Position numbers and translations under genes: made by a program. Below the pieces are notes generated by a model. It saw only the letters and a program-made list of their open reading frames with translations. It did not search any database and had not been told where the DNA came from. A stretch of 32,000 nucleotides of DNA from an uncultured Dehalococcoidia bacterium (lineage in GTDB: Bacteria > Chloroflexota > Dehalococcoidia > Lucifugimonadales > UBA826): assembly GCA_964620395.1 (NCBI GenBank), contig CAZUHE010000002.1, positions 9,624 through 41,623 of the forward strand, read 5' to 3'. Positions 9,216-17,184 of this stretch are shown here, piece by piece. How positions within the stretch are numbered: the stretch's first letter is position 1; each line of letters starts with the position of its first letter.

Positions 9216-10231
9216 ATCCATTTGAATATAGAGCACCGCAAAGCCTTAATGAGGTGACCGCTATACTTTCAAATGATGCTCACGCTCGGATAGTTTCTGG
9301 AAATACTGACTTTATTAACGAGATGAAAGAAGGAATCGTTAATCCTAAGGTTGTCCTTAGCCTTTCGAAAATTAGCGAACTTACCCAAATCAACTGGTCT
9401 CGAAAGGCTTTGGTTATTGGGGCAATGGTTACTCTAAAAACCCTGGCATCAGAAAATAGGTTACATGCGGAATGCCCGGTTATATCACAGGCTGTGGATT
9501 CCATTGCCACTCCCCAAATTCGTAATCTAGCAACCATTGGAGGAAATCTCTGTCAACGTCCCAGATGTTGGTACTACAGAAGTCAAAGGTTTGATTGCTT
9601 GAAAAAAGGAGGTGACGTTTGTTTTGCTGTTGATGGCATTAACAGGTATCACGCCATTTTTGGAGGAACAAATTGCCATATAGTACACCCTTCAGATTTG
9701 GCGACGGTATTAACGTCCTTAAATGCATCAATTGACATACACGGCCCCAGAGGATCAAGAAATGTCCCAATTAACAATTTTTTTATGGGTCCTGAAGTAG
9801 ATGTAGAATCAGAAAATTGTCTCGGCCCGGACGAATTAATCAAATCGGTTCAAATTCCTCGTGAATATATTAGCTTTACGTCTACATTTGTAAAAGCAAA
9901 AGAGCGTAGCGCCTTGGATTTTGCGCTGGTGAGTGTGGCAGTGGCGATAAAGAAGGAAGGAAATTTTATTTCAGGTGCAGGGATCACGTTAGGAGGTGTT
10001 GCCCCTGTGCCGTGGAAATTACCTTCTCTGGAACAAGATTTGGTTGGCAGCGCCATTGACGAGGTTTCCTGCGATCTAATGGTCAAGAGAACGTTTTTAA
10101 ACGCAACCCCTATGAAACATAATGGCTATAAAGTTCCTATGACACAAGCCTATTTAAAAAGAGCGCTCCATGACGTTCTTATGAGATTATCTTTATCGCA
10201 TAGTTCAGGATGTAAGACGCAAATCTACTAG
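9212..10231 (+). CDS. FAD-binding medium subunit of the same molybdoenzyme (PaoB/CoxM-like), with Cys-rich insert
   Basis: ATGA start/stop overlap with the large subunit (9212-9215). SGNTDF, ATIGGNL and HPSDLA FAD-domain motifs are present. Extra Cys cluster at C119/C129/C137/C155. Confidence 0.85.
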   Translation: MNPFEYRAPQSLNEVTAILSNDAHARIVSGNTDFINEMKEGIVNPKVVLSLSKISELTQINWSRKALVIGAMVTLKTLASENRLHAECPVISQAVDSIATPQIRNLATIGGNLCQRPRCWYYRSQRFDCLKKGGDVCFAVDGINRYHAIFGGTNCHIVHPSDLATVLTSLNASIDIHGPRGSRNVPINNFFMGPEVDVESENCLGPDELIKSVQIPREYISFTSTFVKAKERSALDFALVSVAVAIKKEGNFISGAGITLGGVAPVPWKLPSLEQDLVGSAIDEVSCDLMVKRTFLNATPMKHNGYKVPMTQAYLKRALHDVLMRLSLSHSSGCKTQIY

Positions 10232-10253
10232 ACATATAAACTGAGGTGATTGT

Positions 10254-11645
10254 TTGTCGTATCCCAATGTGCTGTTCTTTTTCACCGATGACCAAAGGTT
10301 TGACACTATAGGTGCTTTGGGTAATCCACATATAAAGACTCCCAATATGGATTGGTTGGTTGAAAATGGCACAACCTTTGAAAATGCTTACATCATGGGT
10401 GGTACTGATGAAGCTGTTTGCATGCCAAGTCGGGCCATGCTTATGACTGGCAGAACACTTTTCGGTTTGAGTAACTCTGGTCAATCCATCCCACATAACC
10501 ATGTAATGCTTGGTGAAACATTACAGGAAAATGGTTACAGGTGCTGGGGAACAGGTAAGTGGCATAACGGCACTGGTTCCTTTAGTAGATCTTTTAACGA
10601 TGGCGCAGACGTATATTTTGGGGGAATGTATGATCATTGGATGGTTCCTGTTCACAGTTTTGACCCATCTGGTAGATATGAGGGCCGCATTAGGAGAACC
10701 GCTGCATTCAGGCCGTCTAATGATGTCGAAGATAAGATCGCTGATCATATGCATGCAGGTTCTCATTCAAGTGAACTGTTTGCGGGCCACGCTGTGGAAT
10801 TCTTGGACAACTACAAAGAAAGCGCTCCTTTCTTTGCCTATGTAGCCTTTATGGCTCCGCATGACCCTCGGACAATGCCGCAAGAATTTTTGAACATGTA
10901 TGAGGCTTCTAGTATTGATATAGGTGAAAGCTTTATACCTATTCACCCATTTGATAATGGAGAGTTAACTGTAAGGGATGAGTTACTTTCTGCGATTCCA
11001 AGGAAGGAGTCTGATGTTAGGCAGCATATTGCGGAATATTACGCCATGATCAGTCATGTGGACGCTCAAATAGGTAAGGTTATCGATTCTCTTCGCAAAT
11101 CAGGCAAACTTGATGACACGATCATTGTATTTGCTGGCGATAATGGTTTGGCCTTGGGAAGGCACGGGTTAATGGGTAAACAAAATTTATATGATCATAG
11201 TTTGCATGTTCCTTTGATAATGTCGGGGCCTAACATACCCAAAGGAAAATCTACAAGGTCACTTGTCTATACCGCTGATATATATCCTTCCCTATGTGAT
11301 TTAATGGGAATCGATATTCCTGAGACGGTATTGGGGTCTAGTTTCTCTGCGATATTTAGACAGCTCACCGCCCAGCACAGGGAATATCTTTATTTTGTGT
11401 ATAAGGAATTTATGAGAGCTGTTCAGGTCGATGGGTACAAATTGATTGAATATCATGTCCATGGCAACAGACATAGTCAACTTTTTGATCTTAACTGTGA
11501 CCCGATGGAGACAGTTAATTTAGTTGGTGAACTTTCCTGTCAATCTACAGTTTCGGATTTAAGAAATAAGATGGACAAGGCAAGAGATGAGTTTAGCGAT
11601 CATCAAGCCCCATTTGATTCATTTTGGGAAGGGTTTGAATATTAG
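10254..11645 (+). CDS. Formylglycine-dependent (Cys-type) sulfatase, no signal peptide
   Basis: YPNVLFFFTDDQRFD...VCMPSRAMLMTGR (C-x-P-S-R), GDNG, GKQNLYDHSLHVPL. TTG start with GAGGTG Shine-Dalgarno 5 nt upstream. An in-frame TGA at 10242-10244 excludes any leader peptide. Confidence 0.9.
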   Translation: MSYPNVLFFFTDDQRFDTIGALGNPHIKTPNMDWLVENGTTFENAYIMGGTDEAVCMPSRAMLMTGRTLFGLSNSGQSIPHNHVMLGETLQENGYRCWGTGKWHNGTGSFSRSFNDGADVYFGGMYDHWMVPVHSFDPSGRYEGRIRRTAAFRPSNDVEDKIADHMHAGSHSSELFAGHAVEFLDNYKESAPFFAYVAFMAPHDPRTMPQEFLNMYEASSIDIGESFIPIHPFDNGELTVRDELLSAIPRKESDVRQHIAEYYAMISHVDAQIGKVIDSLRKSGKLDDTIIVFAGDNGLALGRHGLMGKQNLYDHSLHVPLIMSGPNIPKGKSTRSLVYTADIYPSLCDLMGIDIPETVLGSSFSAIFRQLTAQHREYLYFVYKEFMRAVQVDGYKLIEYHVHGNRHSQLFDLNCDPMETVNLVGELSCQSTVSDLRNKMDKARDEFSDHQAPFDSFWEGFEY

Positions 11646-11646
11646 A

Positions 11647-12435
11647 CTATACCCAAGCCCCCTTGGCCATCATGCCTCCGTCAACATTTACAAAAGTACC
11701 TGTCATAAATGACGCGTCATCGCTGGCTAAAAATGCAACTACTTTGGCTATTTCTTCAGGTTCTCCGTTTCTTGCTATAGGATGTTTTGCTGCTGAATCC
11801 TTGATCGCTTGATCCAGCGAAAGTCCTGTACCTTCTATAGATTCACGCCATAATGGAGTCAAGATGCTCCCAGGACAAACGGACAGCACCCTTATATTAT
11901 CTTTGGCATAATCAAGCGCTAATTGACGGGTCAATGATAAGTCTCCACCTTTGGTGGCGGCGTATGCCGGTACTAGATGTGCTGATTGCTGGCCCTGAAC
12001 ACTCGCGGAGCTTATTATCACACCGCCTCCCCGTTCACGCATATGTGGAATTGAGTATTTGGCCATGAGGAACCTACTTTTCAGATTTACTCCCAATATT
12101 TGGTCCCACATCTCTTCGGTGGTGTCTTCGACGTTTGCGTAAGAAGTGGTTGGTTGAATTCCAACATTATTGAACAGAATATCTAATCCACCAAAGGTTT
12201 CTATCGTTTCAGTTACTGTTCGTTCACAGTCTTTTGCTGAAGAGGCATCTGCTACAACGACGTGTGCTTTTCCGCCCGCGTCAGCTATTTCTTTTGCAGC
12301 TTCCTTGGCTGCCGTAGCATTAATATCCATTAGTGTTACGCTTGAACCGCATTGTGCAAGCTCTTTCGCGGAAGCTGCGCCAATGCCTAAAGCGGCTCCG
12401 GTTACTATAGATACTTTATTTTTGAGGTTAGCCAT
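11647..12435 (-). CDS. Short-chain dehydrogenase/reductase (SDR) family oxidoreductase
   Basis: VSIVTGAALGIGAA (TGxxxGIG), NNVG and YAATKGG (YxxxK) motifs. GGAG Shine-Dalgarno 8 nt before the ATG. Confidence 0.9.
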   Translation of the reverse strand: MANLKNKVSIVTGAALGIGAASAKELAQCGSSVTLMDINATAAKEAAKEIADAGGKAHVVVADASSAKDCERTVTETIETFGGLDILFNNVGIQPTTSYANVEDTTEEMWDQILGVNLKSRFLMAKYSIPHMRERGGGVIISSASVQGQQSAHLVPAYAATKGGDLSLTRQLALDYAKDNIRVLSVCPGSILTPLWRESIEGTGLSLDQAIKDSAAKHPIARNGEPEEIAKVVAFLASDDASFMTGTFVNVDGGMMAKGAWV

Positions 12436-12550
12436 AATTACGCTCCGTCCTATTGTCTAAAAATTAAATTTGAGTATCACCAGTGATTGTGGATAATTCG
12501 GACTATACAATAAAAGGTTTCCTAACTGAAGTTTTTGGAGGTTCCTACTC
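12436..12550. promoter_or_regulatory. Divergent promoter region between SDR (-) and Zn-ADH (+)
   Basis: 115-nt AT-rich spacer between divergent starts. GGAGG at 12535-12539 serves the ADH ATG. Confidence 0.4.
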
Positions 12551-13585
12551 ATGAGAGGTCTTTTTTTTACCGGCGATTCGAATGTTGAAATTATGGATAT
12601 AAAAAAGCCAACCCCAGGTTCCGGTGAAGTAATACTTAAAATGAAATCTTCCGGAATTTGCGGAAGCGATTTGAAAAATTTAAGAGCTTCTAAATCTGAA
12701 AAAGACGCTGAAGGAGAGTTGGTGGTTCCCGGTCATGAGCCAGTAGGTGTAGTTGCTGAAATAGGTCTCAATGTAAAGGGCTTAAAGGTTGGTGATCGGA
12801 TAATGATGCATCATTATACTGGTTGTTTGAGATGTAATATGTGCCGAATTGGTTACACTCAGATGTGTAGTAAAGGTACAACAGTTTATGGTACTGGTGC
12901 AGATGGAGGCCATCAGGATTATATGTTGGTACCGGCCTATACCTGTATGAAAATGCCTGATGAACTTGGCTTTGTTGAGGCGGCTGCATGCTCCTGTGGT
13001 ACCGGTACAGCTTTTCATGCTGTTAAGCGTGTTTCTCCAACGGGGCTAGACACGGTAGTGATATTTGGCCAGGGCCCGGTTGGTTTGTCGGCAACGATGT
13101 TTGCTGCTCAGATGGGTGCTCGGGTTATTGCGATAGATGTTGTTGAAAGCAGGCTTGAACTGGCAAAGACCTTGGGAGCCGAAACCGTTATAAATTCAAC
13201 AGGTGTGAATATAGAAGAAGTTGTTCGTGAGTTTACTGATGGGGAAGGGGCTGACATCAGTCTAGAGGTTACAGGAATACCCGAAGTCAGAATTCAAGCC
13301 TTAAATAGTGTACGTAGTTGGGGTAAAGTCTGTTTTATTGGTGAGGGTCCCATGGACATCCCTATCGACATAAGTGCCAGCATAATTCATAGGCAATTAT
13401 CTGTAATGGGATCGTGGACTTTTTCTCAGTCTGGATTATCTGAAGTAGCCAGATTTGTAGTGGAACGAAATTCGCCGATGGATAAACTTATTACCCATAC
13501 CTTTGATATTGAAAGAGGCCAGGAAGCGTACGATCTTTTTGTTTCTGGAAATACAGGAAAAGTGATTTTTTCTTGGGAGATATAG
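12551..13585 (+). CDS. Zinc-dependent medium-chain alcohol/polyol dehydrogenase (sorbitol/threonine-dehydrogenase-like MDR)
   Basis: GICGSDL, GHEPVGVVAEIG, structural-zinc Cys cluster CLRCNMCRIGYTQMC, and GQGPVGL Rossmann motif. Confidence 0.9.
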   Translation: MRGLFFTGDSNVEIMDIKKPTPGSGEVILKMKSSGICGSDLKNLRASKSEKDAEGELVVPGHEPVGVVAEIGLNVKGLKVGDRIMMHHYTGCLRCNMCRIGYTQMCSKGTTVYGTGADGGHQDYMLVPAYTCMKMPDELGFVEAAACSCGTGTAFHAVKRVSPTGLDTVVIFGQGPVGLSATMFAAQMGARVIAIDVVESRLELAKTLGAETVINSTGVNIEEVVREFTDGEGADISLEVTGIPEVRIQALNSVRSWGKVCFIGEGPMDIPIDISASIIHRQLSVMGSWTFSQSGLSEVARFVVERNSPMDKLITHTFDIERGQEAYDLFVSGNTGKVIFSWEI

Positions 13586-13608
13586 TCTTACAATCAGTGT
13601 ACTTTATA

Positions 13609-14070
13609 CTATACCTGTCGCCAGATTTCCCCTCGAGTTCGAACAGGTTTTAATATTTCTAAGCTTGCTTGGTTAAGTTCGTAGCCTAACGGTTGAGGGG
13701 GGCGCCCGGGCAGTCCGATGAGCTTCAACACCTCGGGATTTGTATAGTATGCGTTGTAGGTTTCCTTTAAAAGCAATTTAAAAAATTGATTGTGGTTAGT
13801 TTCCATATTTATAAGTATTTCTCGTTGTTTTTGTACCTGTAATTGCAAGTATGTAAAACCCTGTTTTTGTGCAATGATTTCTATTTGGATGAGGCCTTCA
13901 ATTATTAACTTTCTCGATTGAGTGGATATGCTTGAGGCACTGGTAATAAATGTTACTGCACCTGCATCTGATGCTGCTGGCATGGGATCCTTAGCAGGAA
14001 TTATGCAGTCGACCACGCCTTTTAATGTTTCCGTCTGTTGTTTGTTAAATTCAAGGTTTTTATCTGTCAT
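13609..14070 (-). CDS. Gluconate 2-dehydrogenase subunit 3-like small protein (partner of the adjacent GMC flavoenzyme), no Tat leader
   Basis: 153 aa. QTETLKGVVDCIIPAKDPMPAASDAGAVTFI matches the family pattern (L..v.d.iIPad..pgA.eAgv..fi). It starts 17 nt after the GMC stop. Confidence 0.55.
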   Translation of the reverse strand: MTDKNLEFNKQQTETLKGVVDCIIPAKDPMPAASDAGAVTFITSASSISTQSRKLIIEGLIQIEIIAQKQGFTYLQLQVQKQREILINMETNHNQFFKLLLKETYNAYYTNPEVLKLIGLPGRPPQPLGYELNQASLEILKPVRTRGEIWRQV

Positions 14071-14087
14071 CGAGATCCATCCAATCG

Positions 14088-15680
14088 CTATTCTAAGATG
14101 TGTCGGGCGTTCTTTTTTACATAATTGGCTATGTACAGTGCAAGAGCCTGGATCGTGGAAGTTGGATTTACTGCCCCCGAGGTTACGAACAAACTTCCAT
14201 CAATAATAAAAAGGTTTCCAACATCGTGCGTTTGTCCGTATTTGTTAGTGACAGAATTTGTTGGATTGGTCCCCATTCTGGCAGTACCCATCAAGTGCCA
14301 TCCGGCCTGCTCTATAAGAGGGTTCAACTTTACATCGATTGCTCCGGCAGCTTCCATTACTTGTTTCGCATTTTCACGGCCATGAGCCAGCAACCTTCGA
14401 CTGTTTTCACTTAACGTGTAGTTAACTTTTGGGGAAGGTATGCCATCGGAATCGGTAAGTTCCGGATCCAGTATCACTTCATTGTGCAACTCAGGTAGGT
14501 CTTCTCCGATAATTGCAAACCTTATAGTTTTATTGAAAATCCTGGCAAAGAGATCGTGGTGTTTTTCTCCCCAGGGAATGTCAACCGCTGCGGATATTGG
14601 GGACTCAGATCTTGTGATCTGATAGGCATAACCTCTTACAAAACCTCTGCTCAGGTCTGTTTCATAAAATTCTGAGCTCATCAGGTTTAAAGGTGACGGT
14701 CCTTTGTGCCCCTCCAGGTTCTCGTCAAAAACTCCACGTGCTGAACTGTATGGGTGAAACATTAGATTCTTGCCGACAAGTCCGCTGTGGTTCGCCAAAC
14801 CATCTGGGAATGTAGCAGATTTGGAGTTGAGTAAAATCCTTGGAGTTCCAATTCCATTACATGCCAGTACTATTATTTCTGCCTTGTGTTCATTGACTTC
14901 TCCGTTGGCATCAAAATAGATAACACCGTCAGCTATACCACGGGAGTTTATTGTCACTTCCCTAACACGGGCATTGGTAATAAGCCTTGCTCCGTTTGAT
15001 ACAGCTTTGGGCCAATATGTAACATCTGTACTAGATTTTGCTTTTATAGGACAACCCAAATCACAGGGTCCACAGTTGTTGCAGGCTGCTCTACCGTCGT
15101 ATGGCTCTGTATTAATTGCGGAGTCGGAGGGCCACCAGTGCCACCCGAGTTTATTGAACCCCGAAGCAATCCTGTAGCCTGGTTTTCCTAGAGGAACGGG
15201 AGCTGTCTGCCGTGAAGATTTTTTGGGGTAGGCCGTGTCACCATTTAAACCGGCAACTCCCATCATTTTGTCATTTAGATCAAAATAAGGTTCAAGGTCC
15301 CTGTATGAAATTGGCCAGTCATCGGCTACGTCATCAAGCGTGCGAACTTTAAAGTCGGAAGGTTTCATCCTCGGAAAATGCGCTGCCCAGTGAATTGTGC
15401 TTCCTCCAACTGCGTTGTACATCAGAGGGGCTATGGGAGAGTCTGAATCATTCACGGGATAATCGGACTTAAGGTTTCTGAAGTTTGGGTTAGGGTTAAA
15501 ATCAGTTTGCCGGTGTATTTCCCAATCAGTTTTATCTGTTGAGTAATCGGTATCTGGATTTAACCAATCGCCTTGTTCCAAACAGGTTACATTGAAGCCT
15601 GCCTCCGTGAGACTCCATGCAAAAGCAGCTCCTGATGCTCCCGCTCCCACAACTAGAACTTCAGATACGTTATCAGGCAT
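14088..15680 (-). CDS. GMC-family FAD-dependent oxidoreductase
   Basis: N-terminal VLVVGAGASGAAFAWSLTEAGFNVTCLEQG (FAD ADP-binding fold) and C-terminal GTARMG...HDVGNLFIIDGSLF, typical of GMC enzymes. GAGGT Shine-Dalgarno upstream. Confidence 0.85.
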   Translation of the reverse strand: MPDNVSEVLVVGAGASGAAFAWSLTEAGFNVTCLEQGDWLNPDTDYSTDKTDWEIHRQTDFNPNPNFRNLKSDYPVNDSDSPIAPLMYNAVGGSTIHWAAHFPRMKPSDFKVRTLDDVADDWPISYRDLEPYFDLNDKMMGVAGLNGDTAYPKKSSRQTAPVPLGKPGYRIASGFNKLGWHWWPSDSAINTEPYDGRAACNNCGPCDLGCPIKAKSSTDVTYWPKAVSNGARLITNARVREVTINSRGIADGVIYFDANGEVNEHKAEIIVLACNGIGTPRILLNSKSATFPDGLANHSGLVGKNLMFHPYSSARGVFDENLEGHKGPSPLNLMSSEFYETDLSRGFVRGYAYQITRSESPISAAVDIPWGEKHHDLFARIFNKTIRFAIIGEDLPELHNEVILDPELTDSDGIPSPKVNYTLSENSRRLLAHGRENAKQVMEAAGAIDVKLNPLIEQAGWHLMGTARMGTNPTNSVTNKYGQTHDVGNLFIIDGSLFVTSGAVNPTSTIQALALYIANYVKKNARHILE

Positions 15681-15840
15681 TTTTAATTACCTCAGGGTTT
15701 TGTAATAAACGGTGGTCCATAAACACGACAAATAACAGGTATCGCCACTCGGGATTATTGTACTTAACTCAAGGGTTGACCTCTATGATTTTTGGGGTTA
15801 GTTTTCAATGATCAGAATTCTTCGGAGTAATTGAGAAAAA

Positions 15841-16662
15841 TTGAAACGTTTGACTGAGTATGAAGTTATTGAGTTTTCAGCGATGGGGCAGAGCCTCTCG
15901 GGATATGATCTCACTGGGCTTAATTTAAGTAGAGCCGTACTGAGTGACCAAAATCTCTCTGGTACTGATCTGAGAGGAACAAATCTACGTGGTGCTAATT
16001 TAAGCGGTTGTAATTTATCAGAATCTCAACTTGCTCAAGCAAATGCTAGCGAAGCAAATCTCAGACAGGCAGACCTTACAGGATGTGATTTCAGTGATGC
16101 CCATCTTGTTCAAGCTCGTTTTTTCGGTGCTAATCTATCGAATTCAGATTTTACCGGGGCTAATTTGAGTGGCGCTTTCATGACTGGTGGATTAACACTC
16201 GATAATTCATGTCTTGTGGGCGTGAATTTTAATGGAGCTGATATCTCAAACGCCTCTTTAAGAAATGCAGATTTAACGGTCGCTCAAATGCGCCGCGTTA
16301 ATTTATCGCATTCTGACCTTTCGGGGGCTCAATTAAACGGAGCCAGTATAAAAAGTTGCACAATTATTGGAGCTAATTTGGTCGGCGCTAAAATGACTGA
16401 GGTGATTCTGGATTCCTCTAATCTTAAAAATGCCCGCTTAGACAATTCTGATCTTTCGAAATCTAGCCTTAAAAGATGTAATTTAGAAGGGTCGAGTTGT
16501 CAAATGGCAACATTAAAAGGATGTGACCTTTCACATACTAACTTTCAAGGTGCTGATCTGACATTGGCGGATTTAACTGGTTCCGATATGACTGGATGCT
16601 TACTATTGGGCGCAAAAACTAGTTGGGCAGATTTTACTGAGACGTGTTTTGATACAACCTAG
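15841..16662 (+). CDS. Pentapeptide-repeat protein
   Basis: Almost the entire 273 aa is A(D/N)LXX repeats (LSGTDLRGTNLRGANLSGCNLSES...). The start is uncertain (TTG 15841 or ATG 15883). Confidence 0.9.
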   Translation: MKRLTEYEVIEFSAMGQSLSGYDLTGLNLSRAVLSDQNLSGTDLRGTNLRGANLSGCNLSESQLAQANASEANLRQADLTGCDFSDAHLVQARFFGANLSNSDFTGANLSGAFMTGGLTLDNSCLVGVNFNGADISNASLRNADLTVAQMRRVNLSHSDLSGAQLNGASIKSCTIIGANLVGAKMTEVILDSSNLKNARLDNSDLSKSSLKRCNLEGSSCQMATLKGCDLSHTNFQGADLTLADLTGSDMTGCLLLGAKTSWADFTETCFDTT

Positions 16663-16809
16663 ATCAGGCTCGCGATCATGGGATCAAAATTTGTTATTAC
16701 AAGGTTTTTTTATGCTGAATGTGGGGTGAATTGTTGTGCTATCAACAACGTATAATTTGATAAGTAAAATGTAATCAGGACGCCCTTTCAAAGATCACAT
16801 GACAATATA

Positions 16810-17184
16810 ATGGATCCCCAAAATAGTACCTTCAATGTCATTCGTATGTTTTTGGCCATCAAATATTCAATGAATGGCCTAACAGATGCTTTTTTGAGGG
16901 AACCTGCTTTTCGTTTAGAACTGATAGGTGCATTGATTCTTGTGCCAGTAGCTTTGTGGTTGGGTGATAGCGGACTTGAAAAATCTATCCTAATATCGGC
17001 CGTCTTTGCGGTTTTGGTTGTTGAAATTATCAACTCAGCAATAGAGGCAGCGATAGACCGGGTAGGACCTGAATTAAATGACCTATCGCGTCGAGCAAAA
17101 GATTTGGGATCAGCTGCGGTATTACTTACTTTAATTAATGTTTTGGTCGTGTGGGCACTTGTTCTGGCCGATCAAATTATCTAG
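16810..17184 (+). CDS. dgkA: Diacylglycerol kinase (prokaryotic DgkA type)
   Basis: 124 aa with three TM segments. AFRLEL..., VVEIINSAIEAAIDRVG and RAKDLGSAAVLL are near-identical in pattern to E. coli DgkA motifs. Confidence 0.85.
   Translation: MDPQNSTFNVIRMFLAIKYSMNGLTDAFLREPAFRLELIGALILVPVALWLGDSGLEKSILISAVFAVLVVEIINSAIEAAIDRVGPELNDLSRRAKDLGSAAVLLTLINVLVVWALVLADQII

Noticed and set aside
6503-10231. Calling the three-subunit molybdoenzyme an aerobic CO dehydrogenase (CoxSLM)
   Set aside because: The large subunit shows SYRALGAPQG at the position where form I CODH has VAYRCSFR and form II has AYRGAGR. The gene order is S-L-M rather than M-S-L, and the FAD subunit has the PaoB-type Cys insert. 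A generic aldehyde or heterocycle hydroxylase is the supportable call.
12170-12460. Antisense ORFs inside well-supported genes (e.g. 12170..12460, 14100..14414, 14125..14385, 28377..28787, 17394..17771, 7589..7870, 8384..8731)
   Set aside because: Each lies fully within, and antisense to, a CDS with strong family motifs. All lack Shine-Dalgarno sites and recognisable domains. They are typical shadow ORFs.
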